Shown: positions 49,588-59,900 of the stretch, piece by piece
Layout of the letters: each line of letters starts with the position of its first letter
Numbering within the stretch: the stretch's first letter is position 1
Virus record (IMG/VR): IMGVR_UViG_3300031718_000003
Span: 10,760-74,759 of that record
Source of the DNA: a virus
Length of the DNA: 64,000 bases
Direction: 5' to 3' (one strand)
Translations under genes and position numbers: made by a program
The notes under the pieces: generated by a model
The model's database searches: none
What the model was told of the DNA's origin: nothing
The model's input: only the letters and a program-made list of their open reading frames with translations

Positions 49588-50061
49588 ATGACGATGGCTA
49601 ACTGGATAGATGAGTTATGCGAGGAGATTCTCCGGGATGGCCGCCACAAAAGCGTGGCGGAGGAATTGCGATTACACCGCGCCGGGGTACTGGAGCAGGA
49701 GGGCCGGTTTTTCTTTGAAGAGCTGAGGCGAGAGGTTAAAGACGGGCTGCCGACCATAGGCACGCGCCTGGGCCTATCCCCAGCGGACCTCCGATTCGAG
49801 GGAAAGGACGATTTCTTCCAGATAACAAACCATTCTCACTACCCAGTGGTCACCGTCAAGGCCGAATACATGCTGAAGCGGGTTTTGCTCAATATCAAGA
49901 GGAAGCAGGCTGATGTCCGCACTCCAGCGGAAGAGACGCGGGATTCTATCGATTTTTGTGTCAAGGCTGACGATGAGCTTTACTTCTGCCACAAAGGAAC
50001 GACACTCCCGGGAATTGATGAGGCGGTAAAATTGGTATTCAGGCCGCTATTTTCCACCTGA
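49588..50061 (+). CDS. Hypothetical protein (IS cargo)
   Basis: 157 aa, divergent from the transposase. Confidence 0.6.
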   Translation: MTMANWIDELCEEILRDGRHKSVAEELRLHRAGVLEQEGRFFFEELRREVKDGLPTIGTRLGLSPADLRFEGKDDFFQITNHSHYPVVTVKAEYMLKRVLLNIKRKQADVRTPAEETRDSIDFCVKADDELYFCHKGTTLPGIDEAVKLVFRPLFST

Positions 50062-50080
50062 TCCTTCAGTGCCCGTTAGC

Positions 50081-50470
50081 CTATTCGCCGGGCTGTTTGG
50101 CTGCTTGTAGCGCTTTGCGCCGGGCCGCCGCCGATACACTATCGATCTCAGACTGAGGCGCGCCATTAGCTTTCAACGCAACGATCCGCAAGGCCTCCGG
50201 CACAGGAATCGCAAGATTCTCGGGTTCCTGATAGAACCGGTCTACGGCTTTTACTAGCTCAACCATGCTGAGCGGTTCTGGAATGTACGGGCGTGACGGA
50301 GAACGAGCTGCCCGTAACCCATCCAGAAAACCGACTAGGTAATTCCCCTTGTCCATGAAAACCTGCCAGTGCCGCCCGTTGCACATGCCATTCGTAAAGG
50401 GCGGAATGGCTGGCTTTTCCTGAGCTACAGAGAGCAGAGTTAACGCAAGCAGAATCAAGGCAGGTTTCAT
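50081..50470 (-). CDS. Secreted hypothetical protein (IS cargo)
   Basis: Signal peptide; NGRHW...YLVGFLDG...VDRFYQEPENLAIPV. Confidence 0.6.
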   Translation of the reverse strand: MKPALILLALTLLSVAQEKPAIPPFTNGMCNGRHWQVFMDKGNYLVGFLDGLRAARSPSRPYIPEPLSMVELVKAVDRFYQEPENLAIPVPEALRIVALKANGAPQSEIDSVSAAARRKALQAAKQPGE

Positions 50471-50727
50471 CGGGGATCTTTACCCGTTTTTCCCCACCGC
50501 GCCTGCGCAGCTCGCTTGGCCGAAGCCTTGCGCTGCGCTGGGCTGAGCCTTGCGTTCAAGGTGGCCGCGCCCTTTAGCCCGCCACGCCGCCCCATTTCGC
50601 GCATGATCTGAGAGACGGTGGAGCGGTCATCGAGATCTACGGGCAGTTCGGAGCCGGTGCTCTTAGCTACGATGGATGCAGCAAACTGATTGATGTCCTG
50701 CGATTTTGTCCGCGTGCGCTTGGGCAT
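50467..50727 (-). CDS. Small basic KGG / histone-H1-like protein (IS cargo)
   Basis: MGRRGGLKGAATLNARLSPAQRKASAKRAAQARW. Confidence 0.7.
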   Translation of the reverse strand: MPKRTRTKSQDINQFAASIVAKSTGSELPVDLDDRSTVSQIMREMGRRGGLKGAATLNARLSPAQRKASAKRAAQARWGKTGKDPR

Positions 50728-52129
50728 GACAGCTTCAAGTATGGCAGGTTACGGGCCAACGTCAAGCCTGTGGAAATTCAAAAGACCCCACTACCGGCGA
50801 AGGAAGTGAGACTAGGAAGCTGTATCCGGCTCCCCGCGTTCACATTCGTTGCAATACCCAGCTCACGGGCGAAGGAAGTGAGACCGATCAGTGCAAGGCG
50901 TACTCGCCGAATCACAAGGGGTTGCAATACCCAGCTCACGGGCGAAGGGAGTGAGACACGAAATCGGCAAGCGGCTCGGAGTGAGCGCGCGGCAGTTGCA
51001 ATACCCAGCTCACGGGCAAAGGGAGTGAGACCTAAACGGCGTTCCAGTTCCGGCGGAATGCACTCCGTTGCAATACCCAGCTCACGGGCAAAGGGAGTGA
51101 GACGTGTCAAGGCGTGGCTGAAAGCAGTCAAGCTGCTCGCCAGTTGCAATACCCAGCTCACGGGCGAAGGAAGTGAGACAGCATCACGACCGTAAGGCCG
51201 GTTGCAATATCCAGCTCACGGAAGAAGGAAGTGAGACGCTCAATCTCATGTCGCTGTGACGCCCGGATAACTGTTGCAATACCCAGCTCACGGGCGAAGG
51301 GAGTGAGACAAGATTTAGAAACAGGTTTAACTGGAAGCAGGAAGGGTTGCAATACCCAGCTCACGGGCGAAGGAAGTGAGACAATATGGTGCTGCTTCGC
51401 TTTTCAGAAGTTGCAATATCCAGCTCACGGGAGAAGGGAGTGAGACGAGACGAAAGAATCGCAGCAACAGCGGGGGTGGGGGTATTGCAATACCCAGCTC
51501 ACGGGCGAAGGAAGTGAGACTATTATGCCCCTCGGCATGTGTGAAAAGACCAACCGTAGTTGCAATACCCAGCTCACGGGCGAAGGGAGTGAGACCGTTA
51601 AAAGCATAGGCTAGGGGAAGACGGATTTTCGTTGCAATACCCAGCTCACGGGCGAAGGGAGTGAGACCGGAGCATATCCCGCTGAAGGTTCTTTGGAACG
51701 GAGTGTTGCAATACCCAGCTCACGGGAGAAGGGAGTGAGACTCGGCAGATTTCCAGCGGGACCAAAGCCCGCAGAGCGGTTGCAATACCCAGCTCACGGG
51801 CGAAGGGAGTGAGACACATCTTGAGGGTTTCACGACAGAAGAGATGCCAACAGGTTGCAATACCCAGCTCACGGGCGAAGGAAGTGAGACAAACAAGTGC
51901 CCAGGTCAACAAAAATGTTTGGGGAGTTGCAATACCCAGCTCACGGGAGAAGGAAGTGAGACGTGGTCAACCGTTCCGAACGCAAACGGCGGACCGCTGA
52001 AGGCAGAGCCGGGCTGACCCAGGAAGAATTATGTGTGCGTTGCCAATTGGGGTCAAATGGGTCTTCATCCGGCCAGCGATCATACAAGAAAATGTCATCC
52101 TGTAAATTCACGGCATAGCTTGGCATAGT

Positions 52130-52486
52130 TCACCGCTGCTCCTTTCGGAAATCGGTCAGACGTTTCTTCCGCCCAGCCAAAAAGCCATCGTCACCATCAG
52201 CCTTTCGAAATCCAGCCGGGACTCCCCACAAACGGAAATGCTCCTCGAGCGCCGCCCAGAATGAGCTAACCGGAGATCGCGGTTCCGGGCCGGTCCAAAC
52301 CTTGCTCTGATCAAATCGCAGCCGGTTGTGAAAGCGGTAATCTTCGGACCTCTGGAGTTTCCGTAGTGGTTCATTTTTAAGCTTGTCGCGCAACTCCTCT
52401 TGCATCTGAGCCAGTGGAATTTTCGGTGTGGATTTACTGCCCCGCGGGCGTCCTCGAACGGGTTTGGCCGTAAGTTGCGGTAGCAT
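52130..52486 (-). CDS. Hypothetical protein with AT-hook motif
   Basis: RGRPRGSK. Confidence 0.45.
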   Translation of the reverse strand: MLPQLTAKPVRGRPRGSKSTPKIPLAQMQEELRDKLKNEPLRKLQRSEDYRFHNRLRFDQSKVWTGPEPRSPVSSFWAALEEHFRLWGVPAGFRKADGDDGFLAGRKKRLTDFRKEQR

Positions 52487-52492
52487 AGCAGC

Positions 52493-54883
52493 TCAGAACG
52501 TCACTACCGAACCAACATTCACAACGTTCCCCAAAGTTACCGTTACCCCCGGACCCGCAGCCGATGACGAGACCACCAACTGGATTGGGGACACTTGCTG
52601 GAATCCACAAGCGTTGGTAGCCGTGATCGTTAAGTTGTAGACGTTAGGCAGTGTTGGCGTCCAGGTGAATACACCGCTACTGCTGATGCTGGCGCCGCCT
52701 GGAAGTATCCCCGTCCAAGTAATCGGGCTGTCGCCCGTAGCGCCAAATGTAATACTGTATGGACTGGCAACGAACCCTGAAGGTAATGGGCTAGTCGTAG
52801 TAATGACCGGCAACGTGCACGTCGTCAGCGACTCGGTAGATGACGGGTTGCCATTCGTCGAAGTTACCGACACGGTGAATGTCGATGTGCTCGGAGACGT
52901 GCCGCTAGGCATTCCGCTCACCACATTCCCCGACAAGGAAGCCCACCCCGGTAGTGAGCCACTCGTGATACTCGTGGATGGGGACGGGCAACTAGCGCTG
53001 GGCACGGTCACGCTGTAAGACGAACCAATATGGGCGCTCGGAAAGCCGTTGATCTGACAGGTACTTGCCTCGTAAGCTCCTACGGACGGTGGACTTGGCC
53101 GTACGATTCCCGCAAAATCAGCGATGGATTCCAGAACAGCCGTGCCACCCGCAAGTGCTGGACTGCTCGACTGTAATGTGAGGTCCCCCGTAGCCGGGCT
53201 GGTGTATTGTGGGTCCGTGATCGTGCCGAACGTTGCAGCTTGCAGTGTGCTCCCCGGAGTTCCCAGTGAGTAGAAGATATTATTGCTGGACCCGGCCATC
53301 AGGGTGAGCTGCTGGGCATTCGTAATTCCGCCGCAGATATAAACGTTCTGCAAGCTGGTATTGGTGTAGGAGAGTTGGGAAATGATGTTGTTGGTGTAAA
53401 GCCGCGTGACGCCTGGCTGATTGCCTTGGTCATAAATGCCACAGTCGGAATTTTCGCTGATGGAGTTTAGCGCCGATCCGGTGTCGTAAAACGAATTGTT
53501 GTAGATCTGAACGGTTCCCGTAGCCGTCGTCAACCCATAGGCTTTATACGAGAAACCACAATGTGGATCGGTGGCTGATCGGCCCGCTTCTAAGCCTAGC
53601 CCTACGTGGGAGACGACGTTATTGAACACCTTCACGTACCCCAAATTCGGCACAATCGTGCTCAGGTTAACGCCACAGCCGCTGATATCTGAAATTTGAT
53701 TGTCGTGGATTGAGATGTTGTAGAACCCGCCTCCAGGGGGATGAAGACTTGCCTGCTGGCTGTCATCGTGGATCTGGATTCCGTTGTATGCCCGTGTGTT
53801 GTAGATGTGGTTCCAGCCAAACTCAATAGGCGTGCCATCATTGCAACAGGCGGCATACATGGCGTGAAACGTTTTGCTCGATCCGGGAGACATATTCGTG
53901 CTAACGTTGTGTACTTGATTTCCGAAGACCACGGAATTTCCGCCGGGATGGTCGATGGCGCTTGCGGATTGATCGCAGTAGGCGCACTGCACATCGTTGT
54001 TAACAACGCGCAGATTCTTCATATCTCCCAATGCGATACCGGCTCCCGCCGAAGAGCAGGCGTTACCAGTGCAACCTTTTGGCTGATTCGCTCCATTGGC
54101 GTACAAACCGGATACCACCAGCCAGACACCGGTAGCACCGTCAGCTCGTATCCCATAAGCGGAAGTCCCTCCAGAGAGGCCGCCGCCAAGAGTTGCCGTG
54201 CCTCCCGGACGCCCCATAATTGTGACTGGATTCGTAGCAGTCCCGCTTACGTCGCCAATTGTTAGAGACGCGTGCCATCCTCGGCCATCGTAATACGGGT
54301 AGCTTACGCCGTTCAGGAATACGAGGGTGTCTCCAGCCACCAGGCAGCGATAGTAGGTGAAAGGCGTGTAGGTGTTCGTATAGGAATACGGACCCACCTC
54401 CGTCGTTGATGTGACGCTGTTCTGAAGTCCAAACGGATGCGCATAGCTCCCGTCGAACGTGGTTCCGCCTCCCCCTGTAGGGTAGACATGCGACGCCAGG
54501 GCGGTCGCGCACGTACTTGTGGGAACGCTGTTATCGACGCCTGGTCCAACGAAGTAAATGTGCCCGGTGCGTGCCGTCCATGTTGGCCCTGTTGCGGTGC
54601 TGCCACCCACTGTGACTGTAATCGCTCCAGTTGTCACAGACCCAACCTGGACACCGATCTGGACATTGGACCACGTGAGAACCTGAGCAACGGCAATACC
54701 GTTGATTGCGACTGAGGACGTTCCTTGCGAAGATCCAAAGTTATTTCCACCGATTGTCAGGTACGTTCCGTTATTGTTTTCACCGCCGGTAGTGGCCCCC
54801 GAGGTCTGGTCAACCCAGAAAATAAGAGGCGCAGCGGCCTGGAGGCTCACAGCAAGTAGGAATGCTAGAAATAGTCGCTTCAT
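52493..54883 (-). CDS. Large secreted-type protein: IPT/TIG, beta-helix and Ig-like domains
   Basis: Signal-like N-terminus, LTIGGNNFGSSQG (IPT), Asn-rich beta-helix repeats, LQSSSPA..G...P.VGAYE, ITTTSPLPSG Ig repeats. Confidence 0.75.
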   Translation of the reverse strand: MKRLFLAFLLAVSLQAAAPLIFWVDQTSGATTGGENNNGTYLTIGGNNFGSSQGTSSVAINGIAVAQVLTWSNVQIGVQVGSVTTGAITVTVGGSTATGPTWTARTGHIYFVGPGVDNSVPTSTCATALASHVYPTGGGGTTFDGSYAHPFGLQNSVTSTTEVGPYSYTNTYTPFTYYRCLVAGDTLVFLNGVSYPYYDGRGWHASLTIGDVSGTATNPVTIMGRPGGTATLGGGLSGGTSAYGIRADGATGVWLVVSGLYANGANQPKGCTGNACSSAGAGIALGDMKNLRVVNNDVQCAYCDQSASAIDHPGGNSVVFGNQVHNVSTNMSPGSSKTFHAMYAACCNDGTPIEFGWNHIYNTRAYNGIQIHDDSQQASLHPPGGGFYNISIHDNQISDISGCGVNLSTIVPNLGYVKVFNNVVSHVGLGLEAGRSATDPHCGFSYKAYGLTTATGTVQIYNNSFYDTGSALNSISENSDCGIYDQGNQPGVTRLYTNNIISQLSYTNTSLQNVYICGGITNAQQLTLMAGSSNNIFYSLGTPGSTLQAATFGTITDPQYTSPATGDLTLQSSSPALAGGTAVLESIADFAGIVRPSPPSVGAYEASTCQINGFPSAHIGSSYSVTVPSASCPSPSTSITSGSLPGWASLSGNVVSGMPSGTSPSTSTFTVSVTSTNGNPSSTESLTTCTLPVITTTSPLPSGFVASPYSITFGATGDSPITWTGILPGGASISSSGVFTWTPTLPNVYNLTITATNACGFQQVSPIQLVVSSSAAGPGVTVTLGNVVNVGSVVTF

Positions 54884-54898
54884 TGTTGTGGTCCTCCG

Positions 54899-56902
54899 TT
54901 ACTTCATAAAGCCGTTGTTTAAAATCGCATTATTCAGAACTGCTCCTGATGTGCCAGCAGGAGCCAGCGGCACATAAGCGCCGCACGTCATGTAGCCAAT
55001 CTGCGAAGACCCTGGCAATGCGCCAGGCGTCCCCGCCTGAAACGCGCCGCTCGTGTTCGTGATGGTGTAGTTGTCGTTGGCATGCGTCGGGTCTGCGTAG
55101 GGATTGGAAGTCAGGATGACGTCGTTGTGGTTGCGGTACGGGTAGGCGTTTGCAGCTTCCGTGATTCCTTCGTCTGAGTAGTTCAGCAGTGGCGTAGCAA
55201 CACTCCAATAGCAATTTCCATCCGCCAGCGCGGACGCCCGAAAGCCCGCCGAGGTCCACGCCTCGATACCCACGGTGGCATTTGTAATCAGGTTGTTGCG
55301 CGCGTTGAGAAGCGTGGCAGAGCCAGTAACGTGCCCCACAATAGCCACGTTGCAGCCGTCAAGGGTGTTATTAAAAATGCTGGTATCCACAACAAACGAA
55401 ATGCAGTTGTTGCTGGTGCCGTTGTTGTAGATCTTGTCGAACTCTATTAAAACCGAGCCATTCGTACCGGCAAGAGAAACAGGAAGGCAACTGTTCCCGT
55501 GAATGGAACTGCGGATGACGTTGTTCCCTTGTATAGAACCGGAATTGCTTATTCCCGCCGTGCACCCGGATTGCCCGTTCAAGATTTCGCTTCCTATGAC
55601 GCTGGTAGTATTGCCAGTGATGCTGATTCCGGTTGCGGTGAAAGTGTCGCACTTGATGTTGTGGAACAATACGTTGGAACCGGAAACCGCCGCGCAAGTC
55701 CCCACGGTGTTCGTGCCAGTGCCGTCGATGTGGAAATTTTCGATATCATACCCGCCGCCGGAGACCGTTAAGATGGTCTCGCCCGTGCTTCCCGGCTGTA
55801 TATCGACGCACGTACCGCAATTGGCGCTGGGGGTTTCCGTCCGGCTCGAAGTATACCCGATGATGCGAAATGGAGGTACAGTACTGGAGATCGTGTTCGA
55901 AGTCGCCAGCGTAAATGTGCTGCTCGCCGGAAGCGTCATCGTGCCGGTGGCTTTTACGAAGGCGGTGTTGCCAGTCACCGCCGCAGCCGCCAGCCCGGTC
56001 AGCGAGGCCAGCGCACCTCCCATGTTTGACGAAACGCTGCCAGTGCCGAGGGAGAACACGCTGCCGGGAGTGGTACATAACGGCACTGAGCCGTTCACCC
56101 CCCAAGCGCTCGAAGTCTCCGATATGATCTGGTAAGCCCCGGGCGCGATACCGGAAATGCCTGGCGGCACTTGTAAGATGTTTCCCAAATCAGCCGAACT
56201 CGGGGTATACCCGCTATTGAAAGTGATCGTGCTAGCTGTCGTGCAGGTGGCATTGGTTGTGATCGCAACTTGCGCTCCGGCTTGCTGGCTATAGTCCACG
56301 CCAGGGTACACACTCCAGCCGCCGCTTGAAGCCGATAGCTGCCCAGCCGCCAGTGGCAACACGGCTTCAGATCCTGATGACGAGATGATCTGGTAGAAGC
56401 CGAGGTTAAAACTCAGCGTAGCAGCGGCCAATGGAGTGGACGCGCACCCGGTCGGCGTCACGGTGACCGTGGGAATAGTCGTGTAGCCGGTATTCGTTCC
56501 ACTGACCGTGTAGCCGGTAACGACGCCACCGGAGACAGCGACTGTGATGGTTGCATTGCCACCTGCCGTCGCCGTGGCGCTCGTACACCCGGACCCGCCG
56601 TTATTCGCGCCGACGGTTTGCACGCTGTAGATCGGGCTGGAAGTGATCTTGATGTACTGCATCGCGTTGCCGGCGAACGTGCCGTGCCCGGAGCTGCTGA
56701 TGTTGGTGTTGGTAGTGGCGTCTATGGCCAAATCGGTTCCGGTTGTAGGCGTACCGACGCCAATCGAGAACCCGCCGCCGTTGGTATCGCTACCAACCGT
56801 TGGCCGGACTTCCCAAATCGTGTTAGCCGCAATCGCGGCAAAGAGTCCTCGCGGAAAGAATGTAACAGCGATCAGGAATACGGCGAGAATTTGTTTACAC
56901 AT
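54899..56902 (-). CDS. Tail or surface protein with beta-helix repeats
   Basis: 667 aa, T/S/G/N-rich, WEVRPTVGSDTNGGGF N-terminal motif. Confidence 0.7.
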   Translation of the reverse strand: MCKQILAVFLIAVTFFPRGLFAAIAANTIWEVRPTVGSDTNGGGFSIGVGTPTTGTDLAIDATTNTNISSSGHGTFAGNAMQYIKITSSPIYSVQTVGANNGGSGCTSATATAGGNATITVAVSGGVVTGYTVSGTNTGYTTIPTVTVTPTGCASTPLAAATLSFNLGFYQIISSSGSEAVLPLAAGQLSASSGGWSVYPGVDYSQQAGAQVAITTNATCTTASTITFNSGYTPSSADLGNILQVPPGISGIAPGAYQIISETSSAWGVNGSVPLCTTPGSVFSLGTGSVSSNMGGALASLTGLAAAAVTGNTAFVKATGTMTLPASSTFTLATSNTISSTVPPFRIIGYTSSRTETPSANCGTCVDIQPGSTGETILTVSGGGYDIENFHIDGTGTNTVGTCAAVSGSNVLFHNIKCDTFTATGISITGNTTSVIGSEILNGQSGCTAGISNSGSIQGNNVIRSSIHGNSCLPVSLAGTNGSVLIEFDKIYNNGTSNNCISFVVDTSIFNNTLDGCNVAIVGHVTGSATLLNARNNLITNATVGIEAWTSAGFRASALADGNCYWSVATPLLNYSDEGITEAANAYPYRNHNDVILTSNPYADPTHANDNYTITNTSGAFQAGTPGALPGSSQIGYMTCGAYVPLAPAGTSGAVLNNAILNNGFMK

Positions 56903-56903
56903 G

Positions 56904-59900
56904 TTAGTTCAAAACCTCCACAATCAATTGCCGTGCGGTGAAGCTATTGCTTGCGCTAGCTGCCGAGAACGTCACAGTTGTTTGCAGGAACAAAGCGCCA
57001 GTAGAGTCTATGGCGCTCACAGTCGCAGTGTTGGTATCAGCGAACAGGGAATCAGCGGTAAGGTTTGTCGTACCGAGATCTATCCCAAGCAGCCCATGGG
57101 ATTCATAGGCTGACGTAGCGCCTGCTGTCTGGGTCGTGATGTATCCAGTTAGGTTGGCTGCTAGATTTGTCACCGCCGTGGCCGAAGTTGCGGTGGACGT
57201 GACACTTAATGGAACGATGCTTGACCCGGTAGCGCATCCGGATACTGTGCAAAGCTTTACAGCCAGCGTTACCGTGGGAGCTGAAGTCACAACGTTCGAG
57301 TAAGTGCCCGCCAACCATACCTTGAATGTTCTGCCGGCTACGTTCAACAGATTGGCATTCAGAGAAACCGCCATCAAGTTCTGAGCTGTGGAGACGTTGG
57401 CGCTAACTGTGACCGGAGTGACGTTCACGGCGGCTACACGGCTGACCGGCATCGCGCCGGTGTTGTTGTTGTTGACCTCGACGGCGTGCTGCGCGGAGAT
57501 CGCTTGAAGATTGTCCTGACCTGTTGATGGAGTTCCGGCGGTTCCTTCAGTCAGGCACACCGGGCCGCCTCCGGTGCCTGGAGTAGCGCAGCTTGGCGGG
57601 CTACCTGCCGATACCGGGCCGTTCGGCACTGCTAGCCCTGCCGTATCCCCAATAGTGTGAACGTTCGCGGTGGTGATGCCTTCGTCATCCAATGAGTTTG
57701 CCGCCGTCGTAGCGCTGGCGGCTTTGATCAGGTAGCCGGTCGTGAGTCCGCTCAATCCTCCACCGCCAATCGACCCCCACGTGTTCGTCGCCGTGCAGCC
57801 TTTAAACCCAGCGCTTGTGCTGTTGAATTCGATTTGCCCAGTGGAACAGGCGCCGGGGTCTGCGGAGTGATTTGGCAGCCGTACGTCTACCGCTGTGTTC
57901 GAGAAGTCTTGCAGGCCAGTCGAGTACGTATTGGCTTGATTGTTTAAAACTACAGCGGTTTTAAGGTACCCGGCATCATCGATCAGATTCGTGGACGCGT
58001 TGATGCTGAGCACGTGATTTGCGGTAAACGTGCTGCTTGGATTCAGCAACGGCCAGACTGCGGCAGTCGCGTTGTTCCACGAGCATACCGGGATATGCGT
58101 GGTGGAATTTCCGTAGCAGCCATCCACCGTGGCCACCGGAAATCCTGAAAGGGTAGCGCTCGTCTCTCCAAAGAAAAATCCGCCGCCGCCTACGATGGCA
58201 GACAAAGCTGCAGCAGGGTTGCCGGCCTGCACGGGACCGTTAGTAGCCGCAATGCCGGATGACCCGGCATAGGCCAATTGGTTACCCACATCACTCAAAT
58301 TGGCATTACTGGCTATTGATCCACCTAGAGGCGACCACAAATAATGACCCGCTGTAACTGAAGTTGGATATGCCACCGACGCCAGACCAGCCGGTATCTG
58401 GAACCACGTTGCTTGATATGTGTTGCCCGTCGGCGTCAAAGGGAATGTCATTGCCCAGCCGTTACCTGTGCCGCTCGGTGGGGTCGTGGGCAGTAGGTAT
58501 GCAGCAGACGTTACAATCGCGCCTGTGCCTACGCCCCACCCTAAAAACCCGCTCGGGTTCGCGGCGAAGAAGGCAGTTGGCAATGACGACTGCGCGCCCC
58601 AAAATGTGAACCCCGCCAGAGATCCAGCACCGATCGTTTCCGAAGACGCTCCGGCCATGTTATTGCTCGCGTCAATGGATACGCCGGATGCAACCACATC
58701 CCCGGTCGCGTTAAACTTCGGCACTGCGTTCGCTGTGAACGGCGCAATCGCGCTGGCAATCTGCGTTCCAGCGGTCCCGCTTTTCAGCGCTGAAGCTAAA
58801 TTGCTGTTTACCACTACGCCTGGCTGCAACGTAGTGACGGTAGAGCCACCAGCGTTAGCCACCGCGCCGCTCAAAGCGGGCATTGCTGTGCCTGATAGCA
58901 AGCCATTGGAATCTGTGGGCGGGATGACTGCGCTCCACCAGTTCCCCGCATCGCTCCACCAGATAGCGCACTCCGGATTTCCGCCCGATGCCGCACCCAG
59001 AAGGCTGAGAACTACGTTGCCATTCACCGTACTGGTTGTTGGCGTGTCCGTGGCTGGAACGCTGCCAGTATTGCAGTGGATGAATGAAAAATGATCCCCG
59101 AACCCTGCTGCTCCGACTTGTGGCACGGTAACGTTCGTTTGCGAAGTATTATTGGTCGTCTGAAATACAGCGCCGCGATCCGTGTTCGGAACCGTGGGAC
59201 TTGCGCCGGATTGCGCATCCACATAGGTAGTCGGCGTGTAATCCACCAAGCGAAACATGGAACCGGCGTTGTCCCATTGAATCCAGTAGCCATGTGGTCC
59301 GGGTTGAATCCGCCCCGCAGATGGTTGCAGCCCGTTCGGTGTCATAACGTTAAACGCGCCCAACGCACAGACGTTTAGAGTCGGCTGTGTGGACGTATTG
59401 GCGGTATCCACACGAAGGAAGAATTGCTGCTGGTCGGTAAGAGCAGTGAGAACCGGACTCGGGCAAGCAGCGTAATTAGTTGTGCCATTGATCGAAGTGA
59501 GCGTGTTCCAGGCGCCGGCCTGCAATGTCACAAGGCTTGGAATGACCGCCGTATTGACGGCCAAAGCTCCACTGGCAACAGCCAGCCCGAATGCATAGGG
59601 CAGCTCCGCGCTAATGGAAGAGCCCGAGGAGTGAAATGTCACGTTGAGATTCGACGATCCCGCTGCGGGGGTCGCGGCGTTGAAATTCGGGCTGGGTACG
59701 GACGAACCATTGACGCCCACCGCCGCGGTGCCGGTGGTGTTCTGGTTCAGGATCGGGAAATCGGCGGCGACGGCGATCACCGTGGTGTCGAGCGTGGTTC
59801 TCTTGACGATGCCGGTCGCGCCGGGATCGGCCAGAGCAGCGCTCGGTGGCGCGTGGCAACTGCCATCGGCCCCTAGGTAAAGAGTGCCCGAGCAGTTGGC

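Larger units (their letters stand above)
47721..50795. mobile_element. IS1-family transposon with four passenger genes, inserted in a CRISPR repeat
   Basis: Perfect 26-bp TIRs GGTAGTGGGGTCTTTTGAATTTCCAC; 8-bp TSD GGCGAAGG at 47713-47720 and 50796-50803. Confidence 0.96.
47545..51962 (+). CRISPR. CRISPR array, 19 repeats of 37 bp (GTTGCAATACCCAGCTCACGGGCGAAGGRAGTGAGAC), 18 spacers, split by an IS in repeat 3
   Basis: Repeats at 47545, 47620, 47693 (split, resumes 50796), 50848, 50921, 50995, 51067, 51143, 51201, 51273, 51346, 51410, 51484, 51559, 51631, 51705, 51779, 51854, 51926; spacers mostly 35-39 nt, two short (21 and 27 nt). Confidence 0.98.

Noticed and set aside
51032-51066. Spacer 6 partial similarity to the replication gene near 29558-29575; short matches of spacers 1 and 10 to 6846 and 960
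   Set aside because: Only 10-12 contiguous matching bases, compatible with chance
50770-52000. Several ORFs over the CRISPR array
   Set aside because: They are translations of repeats and spacers (VAIPSSRAKEVR, CNTQLTGEGSET)
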